A stretch of DNA of 63,654 bases, counting the filler, from Octopus bimaculoides (lineage: Eukaryota): assembly GCF_001194135.2 (NCBI RefSeq). It is 6 parts of 5 records of this genome, joined end to end, with 100 filler letters (N's around TTAATTAATTAA, not from the genome) between each part and the next. Parts side by side here need not be neighbours in the genome. Positions count along the whole stretch, not along the records: positions 57,829 to 63,654 come from NC_068983.1; 5 more parts are not named here. One strand, written 5' to 3'. The stretch's first letter is position 1. Each line of letters begins with the position of its first letter. The translations under genes and the position numbers were made by a program. The notes under the pieces are model-generated. The model was not told the origin of the DNA. It made no database searches and saw only the letters and a list, made by a program, of their open reading frames with translations. Of this stretch, positions 61,831-63,654 are shown piece after piece.

Positions 61831-63339
61831 ACTTGGAAAAGTAGCGTCATCCAACATATATTGACGTTCTTAAGTATCTAATTATGTCTACTTATATTCG
61901 TGTGTTTTATACGCAGAATTATCTTAGGTATTATTTTTCTTCAAATTTATTATAATGAAAGAAGTTGTTTCTTTACAAGTGATAAAGTCAACAAACAACA
62001 CTACAACGACGAAAGCAATCTTGAGAACGGCAGCAAACAGTGGCAAAACAGAAGAAACAATACAATCGATCTCTTCTAAATAACGTTAGCAACAAGAAAA
62101 AAAACAAGAAAAACAATAATAATAACAGCAAAATAAACAAGAATAGGAGCCATGTGATAAGAAATATATAGAAACATTAAAATAAACTCTATGTCATGAT
62201 TAAAAATATTAAAAAACAACCCTTAAAATGTCCAGTAATATCATTTATGATGTTGAAGAACTACAAAAACGAAAAAACAATACCCATAACATAAAGAATA
62301 AAAAAATCAGGAGCTCTCGTTTTGTATTTTCTCTTCTTCCATATTCGTTTTTCCTTTCTTCCTTTTTTGAAATAGAAATTGAATCAAAAGACATAACCAT
62401 AAGAACAACAGCAGCTACAACTACAACAAGAACAACGACAATGAAAGAAACAATGAAAGATTACCCCAAAAATAACATGTAAATAAGAGAAACAAAAAAC
62501 AAAATCAACATAAAATCTTTTACCAATACCCCCCACCCCTTCACAAAAAATTCTAACAAAGAAGAAAAATAACCAAGCAGTGAACGAGTGAAAACTAATC
62601 AATTTACCATTCTTTGTAGATTGCTGCGAATACTTTATTCATATATGCTTCTTGTTGATCTTTTGTTTAAAGTTTTTATTTATTTTAGTTTATTTTTATC
62701 TATGATTGCAAAACTTTTCAAAGGTTCTTGTTTTGCCGGTAAAATTCGGTTAGTAATACTCAAGATAGTTAACTTCAATCCCAATCCATTTTATCGCAAA
62801 GCTATATAGAAAGAATTACTATTGATTAGTTTTTCTGTCTCGTTTCTTTGTTTGCTTCTTGTTTCTTATTTTTTTTTTACCAAATGGTTGACAAAAGAAA
62901 AAATTTCAAAAAAGTATAAATAAACTACTACTAACCGACGTGTAGTTTCTTTACAAATAACGTTAGTTAATTAGTTAAAGAAAAGTTAAGAAAAAAGATG
63001 ACAACCTCGGTAATAAAAAAAACCCAGCAATAATGACAAAGTTAAGCAACCAAAGCTTTCGGATTATACTTCTTTAAATGTTTTGATAAAAATAATGATA
63101 AAGAAATTTGAGTCTTTTAAATTTTCTCAGTGTGACCTACTTTGAAAAATAAATTAAAAATTGCAGTTGAGTGCTATAAACAGATTTAGAAGGCATCTGA
63201 TTTTAAGTAATGCAGTTAAAAGAGTAATAAATCAGTATGTGAGAGCTAAGCATGCGTACATATATACATATGTACATACACACACCCACCCATATAGAAA
63301 TTGTTGACATTATAAGAATTCCAAAGTTCAAAAAAAAAT

Positions 63340-63422
63340 ATAAGGATATATGTATATACATATGTATGCATGTATATATATATATGTATGCATATATATA
63401 TATATGTATATATATGTATGTA

Positions 63423-63453
<31 letters not shown>

Positions 63454-63580
63454 CATATATGTAAGTATATATATATGTATGTATATCTATATATATGTAT
63501 GTATATATGTATATATGTATGTATATATATATTATTTATATATGCATATATATATTATCTATATATACATATATATTATT

Positions 63581-63654
<74 letters not shown>
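63340..63654. repeat. Compound (TATG)/(TA)/(CA) microsatellite
   Basis: Direct reading of the sequence. Confidence 0.95.

Noticed and set aside
13335-63464. ORFs rich in YI, HT, CV, poly-I/M/L/N
   Set aside because: Translations of di-, tri- and tetranucleotide microsatellites.

Overview
AT-rich, repeat-saturated eukaryotic DNA with many N gaps. The SINE and LINE repertoire points to an octopus genome (inference, not a database match). No complete protein-coding gene can be assembled. The best host-gene signals are a minus-strand Met-Ala first exon with a GTAAGT donor at 5325-5320, inside a CpG-rich, possibly bidirectional promoter region (about 2.9-6.2 kb), and a second NRF1-motif promoter-like site at about 43.3 kb. 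Most recognisable sequence is mobile DNA. Retroelements include several tRNA-derived SINE families (many with target-site duplications, TSDs), RTE, CR1/Jockey-like, R4/Dong-like and Penelope-like remnants, a 2-kb non-autonomous LTR element with a tRNA-Trp primer-binding site (PBS), and a solo LTR with a 5-bp TSD. DNA elements include a decayed Tc1/mariner transposase and piggyBac-like (TTAA), Tc1-like (TA) and hAT-like MITEs. The most unusual structures are head-to-head TTAGGG/CCCTAA arrays with a 20-bp higher-order period (11831-12031), a 173-bp-arm foldback (46124-46476), a hammerhead-like core in a Penelope remnant (37831-37857), a Dong-like element joined to an (AAT)n tract, local templated duplications, and a CpG-decay contrast between the left and right parts of the window. 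Five 44N-TTAATTAATTAA-44N blocks are synthetic assembly linkers, so adjacency across them is not proven. Almost all ORFs in the supplied track are artefacts of gaps, microsatellites or SINEs.
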